From positions 14,632,001-14,696,000 of the forward strand of contig NW_027266277.1 of NCBI RefSeq assembly GCF_022045235.1: a stretch of DNA of 64,000 bases, in the 5' to 3' direction. Shown piece by piece: positions 1-12,705 of this stretch. The notes under the pieces are model-generated. The model ran no database searches and was not told where the DNA came from. It saw only the letters and a list, made by a program, of their open reading frames with translations. Position numbers and translations under genes: made by a program. The stretch comes from Haliotis cracherodii. Its lineage: Eukaryota. Each line of letters begins with the position of its first letter. Positions within the stretch are counted from its first letter, which is position 1.

Positions 1-250
1 TTACTGGAAATTGCTAATTGGCACAAAAATGTGACAATGTTGTTATGGTTACAATAAGTGCAGGAACGGACAATGGTAAAAAAAATGAGAGCCTTTTATT
101 TTTTTGGTGATGAAGACCTGGTAATGTATCAAATTTTGTTTGCATCTTGAAGACAATATGCTTTCCTTTACTCTGTTGTGTGGTGTTAGAGTGGACGGGA
201 AGATGTCTCACAGAGCAAATTTCCCAGTTTTTTCACAAAAAACTCTTTGA

Positions 251-568
251 GGTGAGGTGAGATTGGGTTTAACGTCGCGTCCAAGATTATTGCACTTATG
301 TAGCGACGTGCATGCACGTGTCTGTGTGTGTGGCTGCTTGTACTAGTCCGGACTGATGCCGATGTATAGTGCTAGGTCACTGAGATACTATGCCGCAGTT
401 TAACATGAATACCCCACTCAGACACAGTATACTGACTCCGAGCCGACCAGTCCTTGTTTTAGCCCCTTTATGCCGAGCGCCAGACAGGGTAACAACACGT
501 ACCTTGACGAACCCCGGATCTTCCGCTCTCCGGGAGGACGCTCTACCACTAGACCACGGAGGCGGTCC
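251..568 (-). mobile_element. tRNA-headed SINE, family A (core resembles Meta-type mollusc SINEs)
   Basis: On minus: head GACCGCCTCCGTGGTCTAGTGGTAGAGCG with an A-box, conserved core, structured tail and (CACCT)n end. 13-bp TSD AAAAACTCTTTGA at 238-250 and 569-581. Confidence 0.9.
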
Positions 569-639
569 AAAAACTCTTTGAAAATACCTTAAATGAAAGT
601 GAAAATACATTCCATAATCAGATGAAATCTCTCCCGAGT

Positions 640-845
640 CCATTTTATGCGCCCGACTGTAACATTAGCATGTATTTATGAATCACTATCAACTTGGTGA
701 TGCCAGGTGTTCGTGAAAAGGTGCGCGTATCCTGCCCTACCGGTGGCACCCGTCACAAACACATGCAAAGACAAGTCAATTGTTCACCTGAAAAACAACA
801 CGGGTACATAATGGTACAAAATAGGGAACTGCATCGAACATTATT
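640..845. mobile_element. Interspersed repeat family D (unclassified)
   Basis: Shares tttatgaatcactatcaa..gat.ccaggtgttcg.gaaaaggtg..ccggtggcacc.gtcacaaacacatgcaaa with many other copies in the window. Confidence 0.8.
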
Positions 846-1325
846 TGGGTCGCGTAACATTGGATATGTCCCTCGTATGCCTCGCAATGAAACAAACGAC
901 AACCAAACACATACAAGTTGACGCATAGAATTGTTTAATGAATATGGGATTGGCTATGCATTCAGAACATACCTCTGACGAGAAACATATACCAACAATT
1001 GGTATATGATGAAATTATAAAACATGTCAATAAAGAATACATATTAATAACTAAAATATGACAGTCCATGAATTGATAGGGCCAACGCCTTATGGTTAAC
1101 CTGCCATATAAGTATATGACCTCCTGTCTGTTATAGGTAGTCAAACGAACCTTCATTTAAAGCTCTGCTCAATCTCCAAAAGGACACCTACATTACCATG
1201 ATTTCAATAGCATCCCTGGGGTTTTCACCATTTACAGAGGTAGGTAACACTGGTGACATATTAAGGTCACGTGCTATATTAGGTCTGACAGTCTGCTGGT
1301 GTCGCTCGACGGCTTTCTCTAATGA

Positions 1326-1592
1326 ATCCGTAAAGATCCGGGGTAGAATAGGTCTTCAGCAGCCCATGCTTGCCGTAACAGGAGACTATGCATGTCGTAA
1401 GAGGTGACTAACAGGATCGGGTGGTCAGGCTCGCTGAGTTGGTTGATGCATGTAATTGTATCCCAATTGCGTAGATCGATGCTCATAATGTCAATCACTG
1501 GATTGTCTTGTTCAGACTCGATTATTTACCGACCGCCGTCAAATAGCTGGAATATTGCAGAGTGCGGCGTTGAAAAGAAAACAACAAACAAA
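1326..1592 (+). mobile_element. SINE-like family E (non-tRNA structured head)
   Basis: Matches copies at 9761-10041 and 60057-60321. Has the shared tail plus (AAAC)n and an imperfect flanking duplication ctttct..aat. Confidence 0.85.
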
Positions 1593-2958
1593 CTTTCTTC
1601 AATATCTTAATTCCTCAACAATATGTGAGATACAATTAATGACACTGACTGACAATCGGTGATCTTATACATAATTTAATAATGGATTCAACTGAGTTAT
1701 TGTGTATGAATACCCCGTGTACCCTGTATAAAAGATAACATTGATGAAGGCTTCGGGCATATGTTCAGTTGGAAAGCCACTACATAATCACCCATTAACA
1801 AACATGTCGTAAATAAATGCCCAGACAGTCCTACAAACATGACAGCCACTAAGACTATTTACAAGGACATAACAACATGACCTACATGTATATTTAGCTG
1901 ATGGTCTTCAGCACTTTAATAGCAGAGATTGTTGAAAGTATAAACACTGGCCCTCTGGTCTAACTAATCGAAGTCAAAAGTAAATATCAAGCCAAGATAT
2001 ATTTGCAATTTTATGTCAATACTTACCGAATGTCCATTTTGGGCCGCTTTATTTTTATACACTGTGTCTTTACCGTTACAGTCCTCACTTGTGTATGTTA
2101 TTTCACAAAAACGATGCTACCAATGTTATGTATTTTACATACGTATGCATGTTACGAAAGGTATCACTTTAAACTAAACGATTTTTTTTACATTTAAATA
2201 TCACCATACTGCAATATTTTTTTATATATAATGCTTTAGATTTGATCCTTAGAAACGCAACCTACGGTGACGTATTGCACTCCAACAATGTATTATTTGC
2301 AGAAGGGCATTTATCGGTTTTAAAAGTTATTTACAGAAAGAAGCCAACGATTGAGATTTTTGAATATGAAATGCCCTTCGCATTCAAACGCTATGTCTGT
2401 GGAAATATCAAGGGATGTGGAGATTTGCAAATGTTAAGCTGCGTCTTAAAGTGACGTCTTCGATAAACTTGTTGGAAATATTTGTATAGGGTATGCAGAC
2501 ATGACGGGTTTTAATTGCCTTCAGATTTAGTTCACATGTGATAATTTTTTGGCCGTGTGCATTCATGTGTTTATGTATCTATCGTAAACACAGAAATATG
2601 ACGTTAATTCACGCATGTCATGCGTGTTTCACATCTCAAAATGAGCAGCTGTAACTTTCCGGGGTGTTTTACATTTCATAATGTGAACTTATAATATGAA
2701 ATGTTTTATATTTCGTTATCTGTTATATTTGAAGTCTTTATGTTTCGTGATGTGGAATTATCTTATTTGAAATGTGTTATATTTCGTGATGTGAATTTAT
2801 CACAGTCTGAAATATTTTGCGATGTTAATTTGTGGTTTTCTTAAAAGTTTCATTTGTCACGATATCCGTTTATGTAACTGATTGTAACTGAAGGTAACTT
2901 AGTGCGGCTTAATGCTACCCATGTTACAAGCACTACTTGTGGGTATTTGTATAGAATG

Positions 2959-3275
2959 AGAGAGTGAGTATGGTTTACATCGCATTTTCGTAATATCGGT
3001 CATACTAGGTTTGGGGACATCAAGAATAAACTTAACATAACTGAATCCTGGGATTCTATCGGGTATTAGTGAGTGAGTATGGTTTTACGCCGCTTTTAGC
3101 AATATTCCAGCAATATCACGGTGGGGGACACCAGAAATGGGCTCCACACATTGTAGCCATGTCGGGAATCGAACCCGGGTCTTCGGCGTGACGAGCGAAC
3201 GCTTTAACCACTAGGCTACCCGACCGCCCCCTATTTGGTATTAGGCGTGACAAGGAACGCTTTAATCATAACGCG
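2959..3275 (-). mobile_element. Young family-B SINE (3069-3230) nested in an older family-B copy
   Basis: The inner copy is near-consensus (tRNA-Asp/Val-like head, (ACTC)n tail) and flanked by ctat(cg/tt)ggtattag. The outer flanks rejoin into a diverged B copy. Confidence 0.85.
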
Positions 3276-4383
3276 GTTCCTACGCGGTCGAAGTACCATA
3301 TCGCTTGTATACATCAGATGTTACACAATATATAAAGATAATATGTTTATAGCAATATAATACTATTTCAATCACCTAGTGTCCAAAAACCATAGTTTCA
3401 AATTTCTGCTAGTCAAATTAGTTTTTTTGTTGCATTTATTTACTAACGTTTATTTACCATTTATTTATTTAGTCGTATGTAACTCTAGTTCTGTATCATC
3501 CAGGTAAACACAGGCAACATTTACCAAAAAGTAAAGAGGTATGTTAATTATTTTGAATCACTGATTACCAACCGCAGCCTAAAACAAATATGAAACATTA
3601 ATATTTTTCGCATTATTTATTTCACGATATCAAATCAATTAATTTGATCCCTAATATATGTCACGAGGGATGCGGAATATATCCATCTCTAATGGTTAAT
3701 GTCAATACAGCCAACAAAGTCATTGCCTCACCGAATAATTCAGATTCTCGGGCAGAGGAAATTATCACGAGAGTTTGAAATATCTCAACGCATTACTGGT
3801 TGAAAAGAAGATGAAACTATTCAAGTCTGAAATTCGGGTCGAACGTGGTTTCTGATACCCCATAGGCACAAAGAGACCCAAATAGGGCCCGAAACCATCA
3901 GTGACCTCTGTTTAGGCATATCCAGAAGGTCAAATAAACAGAATAACAACAGGGGCACTGTAGGAGAGGCCGTCTAACGCGACCTCTGGTCTGTTTTTAA
4001 ACCCTTGAACTTGAAGAATGGTGCAATGCTATGACTTGCAATGTGATTTATTCCGCATCTTCTTACAGTTTGTTGAGTATTTGGGTCCAGCATGACCCTT
4101 ACATGCACTGAAATTATTTTTTGCTAATAATTCAATATGTTTCAATGACTGACCTTTTTCAGGTTTCAATGTTTGTCTGCTTGTTCATACATTATGATTT
4201 AGTTTTCAAATTTATGACAGATCATTATGTTTGGTTGAGTTTTCTCAAACAAAATGCATTCGTTGAATTGTGTGAATTGTAAATAATCTGGAATAGAAAT
4301 TTATGAAATGTGAAATTGTTCAGGGGCTTTAAGTTAGATTGATCAATTTACACCAAGAGTAACGATGAAACAGACAGGCTGTT

Positions 4384-5405
4384 ATCATCATCAATGTCTT
4401 CTACCATCGTCACTGTCTTCTATCATCGTCAATGTCTTCTATCATCGTCAATGTCTTCTATCATCGTCAATGTCTTCTATCATCGTCAATGTCTTCTATC
4501 ATCGTCAATGTCTTCTACCATCGTCAATGTCTTCTATCATCGCCAATGTCTTGTCTTCTATCATCGTCCATGTCTTCTATCATCGCCAATGTCTTCTACC
4601 ATCGTCAATGTCTTCTATCATCGTCAATGTCTTCTATCATCGTCAATGTCTTCTACCATCGTCAATGTCTTCTATCATCGTCAATGTCTTCTACCATCGT
4701 CAATGTCTTCTATCATCGCCAATGTCTTGTCTTCTATCATCGTCAATGTCTTCTATCATCGTCAATGTCTTCTATCATCGTCAATGTCTTCTATCATCGT
4801 CAATGTCTTCTACCATCGTCAATGTCTTCTATCATCGTCAATGTCTTCTATCATCGTCAATGTCTTCTATCATCGTCAATGTCTTCTACCATCGTCAATG
4901 TCTTCTATCATCGCCAATGTCTTGTCTTCTATCATCGTCCATGTCTTCTATCATCGCCAATGTCTTCTACCATCGTCAATGTCTTCTATCATCGTCAATG
5001 TCTTCTATCATCGTCAATGTCTTCTACCATCGTCAATGTCTTCTATCATCGCCAATGTCTTGTCTTCTATCATCGTCAATGTCTTCTATCATCGTCAATG
5101 TCTTCTATCATCGTCAATGTCTTCTATCATCGTCAATGTCTTCTACCATCGTCAATGTCTTCTATCATCGTCAATGTCTTCTACCATCGTCAATGTCTTC
5201 TATCATCGCCAATGTCTTGTCTTCTATCATCGTCAATGTCTTCTATCATCGTCAATGTCTTCTATCATCGTCAATGTCTTCTATCATCGTCAATGTCTTC
5301 TACCATCGTCAATGTCTTCTATCATCGCCAATGTCTTGTCTTCTATCATCGTCAATGTCTTCTATCATCGTCAATGTCTTCTGACATCGTCAATGTCTTC
5401 TATAT
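4384..5405. repeat. 19-bp minisatellite (ATCATCGTCAATGTCTTCT)n, about 52 units
   Basis: Directly visible, with ACC, GCC, GTCC and 24-bp variants. Confidence 0.98.
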
Positions 5406-5549
5406 CGTTTTCTTTGAATGTGGTACATTACAAATGCAAAATTTATATAATAGTAATGATAATAAATCGATATTCTAGAGTGAATTTTTCATTAATGTCC
5501 CTTGACGTGTTCGGATACCTCAAAGGTGCTGAGTTGGTAAAAATAGCGA

Positions 5550-5830
5550 CAAAAAACCTTTTCCATAATCATAAGATATTATAATATCTACTGAAAGCCA
5601 TTGTACTGAATCCATTGTACGACTCAGTGCGTTTATGAATCACTGGGGGCGGTCGGGTAGCCTAGTGGTCACGCCGAAGACCCGGGTTCGATTCCCGACA
5701 TGGGTAGCCCATTTCTGGAGTCCCCTGCCGTGATATTGCTGGAATATTGCTAAAGGCGGCGTAAAACCATACTCACTCACTCACTCACACAATCTCTATG
5801 AATCACTGTCAAATAGTGATGATATAAATG
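5550..5830 (+). mobile_element. Family D copy interrupted by a family-B SINE (5646-5790)
   Basis: 12-bp TSD TATGAATCACTG at 5634-5645 and 5797-5808. Confidence 0.85.
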
Positions 5831-5983
5831 ATCACAAAAAGGCTGTGGCAGTACGTTAGGGTGGTATTCTATTCTGTATAGGGCAGTGTCTTCCTTGTGG
5901 CATCGGTGACAGGGTGTCCTCATCCAGCTCATAACTGAAATTCGGGGGATTTGGCCGGGGTACTATGGTCTGTTCTTGATCTT

Positions 5984-6605
5984 TGTTCACCTTGAGCTTT
6001 CAATATAAAGGTATATAATTTTTTCAATATTACTGTGTTCACCTTGAGCTTTATTGACTTTGGAGGTATGCAATTATGTAATTATTACTGTGTTCACCTT
6101 GAGCTTGTGTTCAATATGAAGGCATATAATTATTTAATTATTACTGTGTTCACCTTGAGCTTGTGTTCAATATGAAGGCATATAATCATTTAATTATTAC
6201 TGTGTTCACCTTGAGCTTGTTTTCAATATGAAGGCATATAATTATTTAATTATTACTGTGTTCACCTTGAGCTTGTGTTCAATATGAAGGCATATAATTA
6301 TTTAATTATTACTGTTTCACCTTGAGCTTGTGTTCAATATGAAGGCATATAATTATTTAATTATTACTGTGTTCACCTTGAGCGTTGTTGAATTTGGAGG
6401 TATACAGTTATGTAATTATTATTGTGTTCACCTTGAGCTTTGTTGAATTTGGAGGTATACAATTATGTAATTATTATTGTGTTCACCTTGAGCTTTGTTG
6501 AATATGAAGGTATACAATTATTTAATTGTTACTGTGTTCATCTTGAGCTTGTGTTCAATATTGAGGTATAAAATTATTTAATTATTACTGTATGCACCTT
6601 GAGCA
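5984..6605. repeat. ~56-bp minisatellite, about 11 copies
   Basis: tgttcaccttgagc recurs with period 56 (e.g. 6151, 6207). Confidence 0.95.
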
Positions 6606-6952
6606 TAGGTTAGCTATACACAGGCATGACACATGGAAAACTTGACCATGAATTAGAGATACAAGGCAGGATAGGTCCCATGTCTCATGCAGACGCAGTA
6701 TCTCATCCTGTCCCACTTAAGTGACTTGTGTGATATATGACAGTATTTGGGAGATATGTCATTAGTAATGTGACATGTATCCATATCTGTGATGAGGAAA
6801 CATATTTAAAAAAAATGTAAAGTGTCGAGCATTTTGTTTAAAAAAATGTTAAATTCAAGTATTTTTCATAAGTTTTGTGGTGATGATGTCTTTCTTGGCT
6901 TGTTATCAGCCACAGATATGATCTGACGAGGACTATAGCTAAATTGGCCATA

Positions 6953-7127
6953 CAGTAAACTACGGTTATAACGAACTCAAAGGGACTCCTAATTTTAGTT
7001 CGTTATAACCGTAGTTAGTAATAAGTACATATACAGCGTGACTACAGCAAGTAGTGGGGACCAAAAAGTAAGTTCGTTATATCCGTCAGTTCGTTATAAG
7101 CGTGTTCGTTATTACCGTAGGTTACTG
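6953..7127. mobile_element. Tc1/mariner-type MITE
   Basis: TIR CAGTAAACTACGGTTATAACGAAC (right copy slightly diverged), TA on both sides. Related copies at 13854-14017 and about 61030-61161. Confidence 0.85.
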
Positions 7128-7756
7128 TATAATGCTGATTAACCGTTTCGTTAAACGCGGTGGTGCAGTGGACTGATTTTGGGCTGGGTGAGAATGAACC
7201 ATCATCCCCGCCATCCAGTAATCCTTTGAGCTTAAGACAATTGTCCTTTACAGGTAACGTGTCGAGGGATAATGTGTTCTCTCCAATGATCGTCTATGTA
7301 AATGTTTCCCCAACAGTGCTTTATATAATCTGAATGGGTTCTTCAGGTATGAGTGCACACAGTCTGACTTGATACATTGCGATGACATTTGTTTCTCTTC
7401 TTGAATAAAACTGTCCACGTGTCTGGCTCCTTTTGAGCAAGCATTTGAAGGAAACAAGGATGACAACCATTTAAGAATAAATGGATGTAAAAAGGTTAGT
7501 TTGGACTTGGGATGAGCAAGCAGCGGTTTAGTCACAGTGCCAAAGTAAGTTCACGAAAAATATACAGTTTTGTCAGGAAGACTAGAATACAACCTGCAGT
7601 TACACAACGTTGTCTGTAGATGATGGTGCGAAGGTGCACCAAGTTTACAATATTTACAGACTTTTCAAGGATACTTCAAGTTACAAGCTTTTTTAAGGTG
7701 CATGTGAAATGAAACACGAATTGGAATGACTCTTTAGCCTTTGAAGACTGTATCAT

Positions 7757-8040
7757 CCCCCACAGGAGATATCGCAATGCTTTGCAGACCTTTGTGATGT
7801 CATTGTTACATTGTTTCACAATCAAATGACATCACTAATGGCTCTGCTACTGAAGCTGTTAGCAGTACTTTTTACACTTAAGACACTGCTTTTTACTGTC
7901 TACAAACTGAAAAAGTTGGAAAAATGATGTTGGATGATAAATAATATCTCACCCTCGTGTCTTTTCCTCGGAGCTTTTCCACTTTTATCAACTCGTGTTA
8001 ATATATTTTATATCAAAAGACACTCGGCTGAGATTCTCTA
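7757..8040. mobile_element. Palindrome-ended non-autonomous element, family G
   Basis: Homologous to 19978-20240, 58322-58714 and 59045-59465; the palindrome is partly deleted here. Confidence 0.75.
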
Positions 8041-8492
8041 TGTGTGCATAAATATAAGCACGTGTATGGGTACCGATTCCGTTCATTTTTTCAAAAAGGC
8101 ATATTGACTTTGAACGAAATGTATATCGGGAGTGTCCCTGTAGAAGAATTATCCTGATACATTCCTGTGTATGCAAGCTGTTGATAAGATACATAAAGTA
8201 TCGTTTACACTATCAATAATAGGATAAGATAAGAGATAAGATAAGATATGACTTTGTTTTATTCCTCGGGAAATTCATCTTACACAGTTAATTAGAACTA
8301 AGATATAAAAAAAGATATGACAGTAACTTATGTCCTGTACAAAATGACACTTACTAATATAACCGCGGAAAAAAATATGAAGAAAACTGAAGACGATCAT
8401 AGTTACGACAAGGAATGGCATTTACAAATAACAAATACAATATGGATACTAGTATTCTAGAAACCACACCTGAGACCGGAAGATCCACTCAC

Positions 8493-8833
8493 CATGTCAT
8501 ACCAAAATAACGTTAAACGTTTGTACTTGTTGTTACCCTGTCTGGCATTAAGAGGGCAAAAACAGAACTGACCGGTTAAGAGTCAGTTTAATGTGTCTGA
8601 GCAAGGCCGTAGTTAACTTTTGTACAAGTATCACTTGCCCCCAAATTGATTCAAATAAAACTGTTTTCTATGTAATTTTTAAAAAAAAAATCCAATAAAA
8701 CACATACACGTTGGTATCCATAGTAAATAGTAGTGATATCTCAGTTGGCTAGCACAATAAAACACATACATGTCGCTATGTAAGTGTAATATTCTTGAAG
8801 TCGACGTTAAACCAATTTTATCTTACTTCACCT
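8493..8833 (+). mobile_element. Diverged family-A SINE
   Basis: Core (gtcataccaaaa..tacttgttgttaccctgtctggc) and tail are recognisable, with an internal insertion. Confidence 0.65.
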
Positions 8834-9544
8834 CCAGAAATCGAAAGGTTGTGTACAGCATACCTGTACAAGCTACATAATCACACACTTTTAAATTTAA
8901 AATCCATGAAATAATGGCTCTTTCATGATATGCTGTGATAATAATCCGATAATTTACACCTAGATATTCCCAAATATTTGCTGCCATTGCAGTGAGATTA
9001 GTTCGCATCTTTAAGCCTTCCTTGTGCGTAAAAGAGGATGACGCACCGATCCTAAAAAACAGAACTTGGCAGACACTGCAGTAAGACAATATAGACATAC
9101 ATTCTTTAATTCCTTCCTCGTGATGGTGTACTGTCGAAAAAACACTTGTTTAGAGTATGCGTCTAGGGCAATAGGTAAAGGCGGCTCAGCTAACACAATA
9201 AATCTACTGTAAACACGTGATGTGTCAGAGACCAGGAAACATGTGCACAAAAATCAATGACGTCACCACTTTGTGCTCATCCATTGAACTCAAGGCCGAG
9301 GGAAATCGTTTTGTCTTACACTGCAACCACAAAGGAAGGTTTGAATTGAATACATTCATTTCTTATTGATGCTCGTAACAGAGATTAAGATATTACACCA
9401 TTATTTGCCGGGAACCAAGCAGAAAATGATAAATTCACCTGATTAAACCATGCCAGTGTAATTGCCCTTTTCATTTTGTGAAATAATTACAGCAAAAAGT
9501 AAAGAGATAAAAATACATAAGGAACCATGTCATTAATTAAAAGC

Positions 9545-10130
9545 AACAGAACCCTTTCCATAATCATCACAAATATCTGCTATAAGCCGAGTACGACATT
9601 GTACGACTCCATGCATTTATGAATCACTGGGGGCGGTCAGGTAGCATAGTGGTTAAAGCGTTCGCTCGCCACGCCGAAGACCCGGGTTCGATTCCCGACA
9701 TGGGTACAATGTGTGAAGCCATTGAACGATTCCGATTTTATCATAAGCGTGTATTTATGATTTTTTGTTGTTGGTGTTTTGTTGTTTAACGCTGCACTCA
9801 GCAATATTCCAGCTATATGACGGCGGTGTGTAAATAATCGAGTCTGGACCAGACAATCCAGTGATTGATATCATGAGCATCGATCCACGCAATTGACATG
9901 TACATGCGATGACATGTACCAACCAAGTCAGCGAGCCTGACCATCCGATCCTGTTAGTCGCCTCTTACAACAAGCATAGTCACCTTTTACGGTAAGCAGG
10001 GCTTGCTGAAGACCTATTCTACCCCGGTATCTTCACGGGTCTGTATTTATGAAGCACTGTCAAACTATAGTAATGATACCAGGTGTTCGCTTAAAGGTCA
10101 GCATCCGTCACAAACACTTACAAAGACAAG
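9545..10130. mobile_element. Composite: family D with a B-SINE head (9629-9721,+) and an E element (9761-10041,-)
   Basis: The E copy has an 11-bp TSD TGTATTTATGA (9750-9760, 10042-10052). The B junction is identical to the one at 5645. Confidence 0.85.
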
Positions 10131-10714
10131 AAATAATTTGGACTGTTAACATCTTGACGACGGTCAGTAAAACCGGAAAATTAAGAAACAGTGACAGATA
10201 AAAGACTCTAATTCGTGTTATCATTTCGTGTAGAAGACAATGTACCGGTCGGAAATGCTTCCAACTATATTTCATCCTTGATAACATATCAGGTTCTATT
10301 CTGATGTCAATACACGAGACACAAACTAACACCAGTTATTGTAAGAATAGGTAAGAGTTAGTCAAATACGCATGCAGTAATCAGAAGGTGGAGGACTAAA
10401 TCACAATATTCTGAAGGAAAGTGTTTTTTTAATTAAATGGATTTAGTGATGAAATACTGTATTTATCTGAGAAACAAGTTGAAATAAAATTGAAATCTTA
10501 CTCGAGTGAAATATCATTTTATCCTGAAACAACTTTCAGTCTTCCTCAATAAAATTATGGTTATCAGAGTACGGTCCTGAAGATCAATATGAAAACATAT
10601 GATAAGCACCTGTTTTTTTTCATCAAATAACGTCATATTAATAACACACCGACTCTGTCAGGTCATTCAATTATATTAACATTTTATTTGAGAACAAAAT
10701 ACAAATATCTTGTG

Positions 10715-10985
10715 TGTGAGTGAGTGAGTTGACGCTTTTAACAGTATTCCAGTTATATCGCGGCATGTCAGCTTAATGTGGGAGGAAAGCCTGACGTGAT
10801 GCAGTTCTTACGACGTTTACCACTTCGATGAAACCCACGAGCATGGGTATGGTGCTGACAAACCCAGAAACATAATCGGGGCAAACCGGGATTGAACCCA
10901 CAATCATAGGTTTCTGGCGTGCCCAAGGGACGCAACTCCGCAGGGCTGATTGTTGTGCCTTAGACGACTGGGCCACTATGCCCCC
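10715..10985 (-). mobile_element. Family-C SINE (tRNA-Leu-like head, V-domain-like core)
   Basis: On minus: GTGGCCCAGTCGTCTAAGGC head, gtgggtttc..ctttcctcccac core, shared tail and (ACTC)n. Confidence 0.88.
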
Positions 10986-11134
10986 TGTTCTCTCGGTATG
11001 TATTCTAGTAAATCAATGTTGTTACATGAAGACAAATATATAATATACACATTGACAAGAGGTAGAATACGGCTAGTTGTGCACACGCCAGTTACTTTAT
11101 CTTATTGCGATAATCATAAAATGATAGGCCTAAG

Positions 11135-11345
11135 AGGGGAAGGTCAGTGGTTCCAACCCCTGGTCGCGTCATACCAAAAGGCGTTAATAGATGTTACTTG
11201 TTGTTACCTGGCCTCGAACCCGGCTTTTAAAGGACAAAAAAGGACTCGGAACCAATAATAAGTGTCTGAGTGGGCTATCCATATTAAACTTCGGTATGGT
11301 ATCTCGGCGGGCTAGCACAATAAAAAAATAAGGACCAGTACAAGC
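11135..11345 (+). mobile_element. Diverged family-A SINE
   Basis: cgcgtcataccaaaag.cgttaa..ggctagcacaataaaa matches the A core. Confidence 0.65.
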
Positions 11346-11623
11346 AGTCTTGCTTATAGATATGGGACAATTTATCAATTTAATAAAATAAAGGCTTTCT
11401 TTCCTGTGTTGTAGTTCACAATGGCGACGATGATAACGGTGAGGATGATGCTAATTATATAAATAATATAGATAACGAAGGCGAAAGGGGTGCTGATGAT
11501 GTAAATTATTATTATACTTAATATGAGGGCGATATGGATGATGATGATGATGATGATGGTATTCTATCGAAATCGATTGAAAAATGATGTTCGAAATCAT
11601 TGTTAATAATTATTTTGGTAGCA

Positions 11624-11765
11624 GTGAGTATGATTTTCGCTTTTTTTTTTAGCAATATCATGTCGGGGGACACCAGAAATGGGCTGCAAACATAGTATCC
11701 TTGCGGGGAATCGAACCCCTGTATTCGGCGTGAGGAGTGAACGCTTTAACCACTACGCTATCCCA
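11624..11765 (-). mobile_element. Diverged family-B SINE
   Basis: ggggacaccagaaatgggct..gaatcgaaccc..gaacgctttaaccac. Confidence 0.8.
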
Positions 11766-12574
11766 CTGACCGTGCTAGCAATAAAGCTGCAGCTGTTTCA
11801 AATGAACACGACGATGATGATGATGTTGATGACGATGAAGCAACATATCACGTGCGTTATTCAGAGAGAAAAATATGAAAGCGTTTAAGAAAATATCCGA
11901 AGAAACAAACAGATTATGCAGAAAGGTAAAGTATTTATAAGTGAGATGTTTGCATACATGAAAGTGTTTCTGTGTCAATATAACAAAGTAAACGTAATGT
12001 CATAACTTAAATATCTCAATTTCCTTAAAAAATTCAAAGCCGAGGAAGAGAACACCCAACTTTTCAAATGTTTATAAAACAGATTTAAGTCTACTCTAGC
12101 TTTTGCACTTAGCCTCGTAGAGCTATTTGTACAAAGCATATTACCCAGGCATCACCGCGTTTTGTCCACAGGAAGTGGCCATGATGAGCAAGCTTGTTTC
12201 TCATAAGCGGGACTAGTATGGCGACGAATTTACAGAATCCCACCAAGATACAGGTGGTATAAACGCATTTCCTCTTCACTATTTCTTTCAAGCATCGTGT
12301 CTTACATAAGTTAGCTTAGGGTGTACACAAGCGGCTTAGAGGATATACGCTGTGCGTTGCTGATCACAGGAAATGTGTGGAGACATAGGTACACAAAGCG
12401 ATGACGTCATCAATTTTTGCTTACACACACTTTAAAAGTACGAGTTAAGTGAGGCTCCGTTGAGAAGGATGCGTTCCTTGAATCGACACAGTCAACGTAT
12501 CTCGTGCTGTAGAAGTCGTCACATGTCTGATGGGAAATTATGTTAAATACAAGTTAAACTGACATATTACTGTT

Positions 12575-12705
12575 TCGGGGAACACATGATATCATTACTA
12601 TTTGATATTGAATCATAAACACATGCTTATGATAAAGTCGGAATCGAACAATGGACTCTGCTTTTAGTAAATATTTGTTTTGATTATTGAAAGAATTTTG
12701 TCGCT
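12575..12705. mobile_element. Family D fragment (reverse orientation)
   Basis: agtcggaatcg.acaatggactctgcttttag is the reverse complement of the D body. Confidence 0.7.

Noticed and set aside
4365-5584. Three long overlapping + ORFs (339-396 aa)
   Set aside because: The 19-bp repeat unit has no stop in any + frame, so all three frames give the same periodic peptide. The array has no unique spacers, so it is not CRISPR either.
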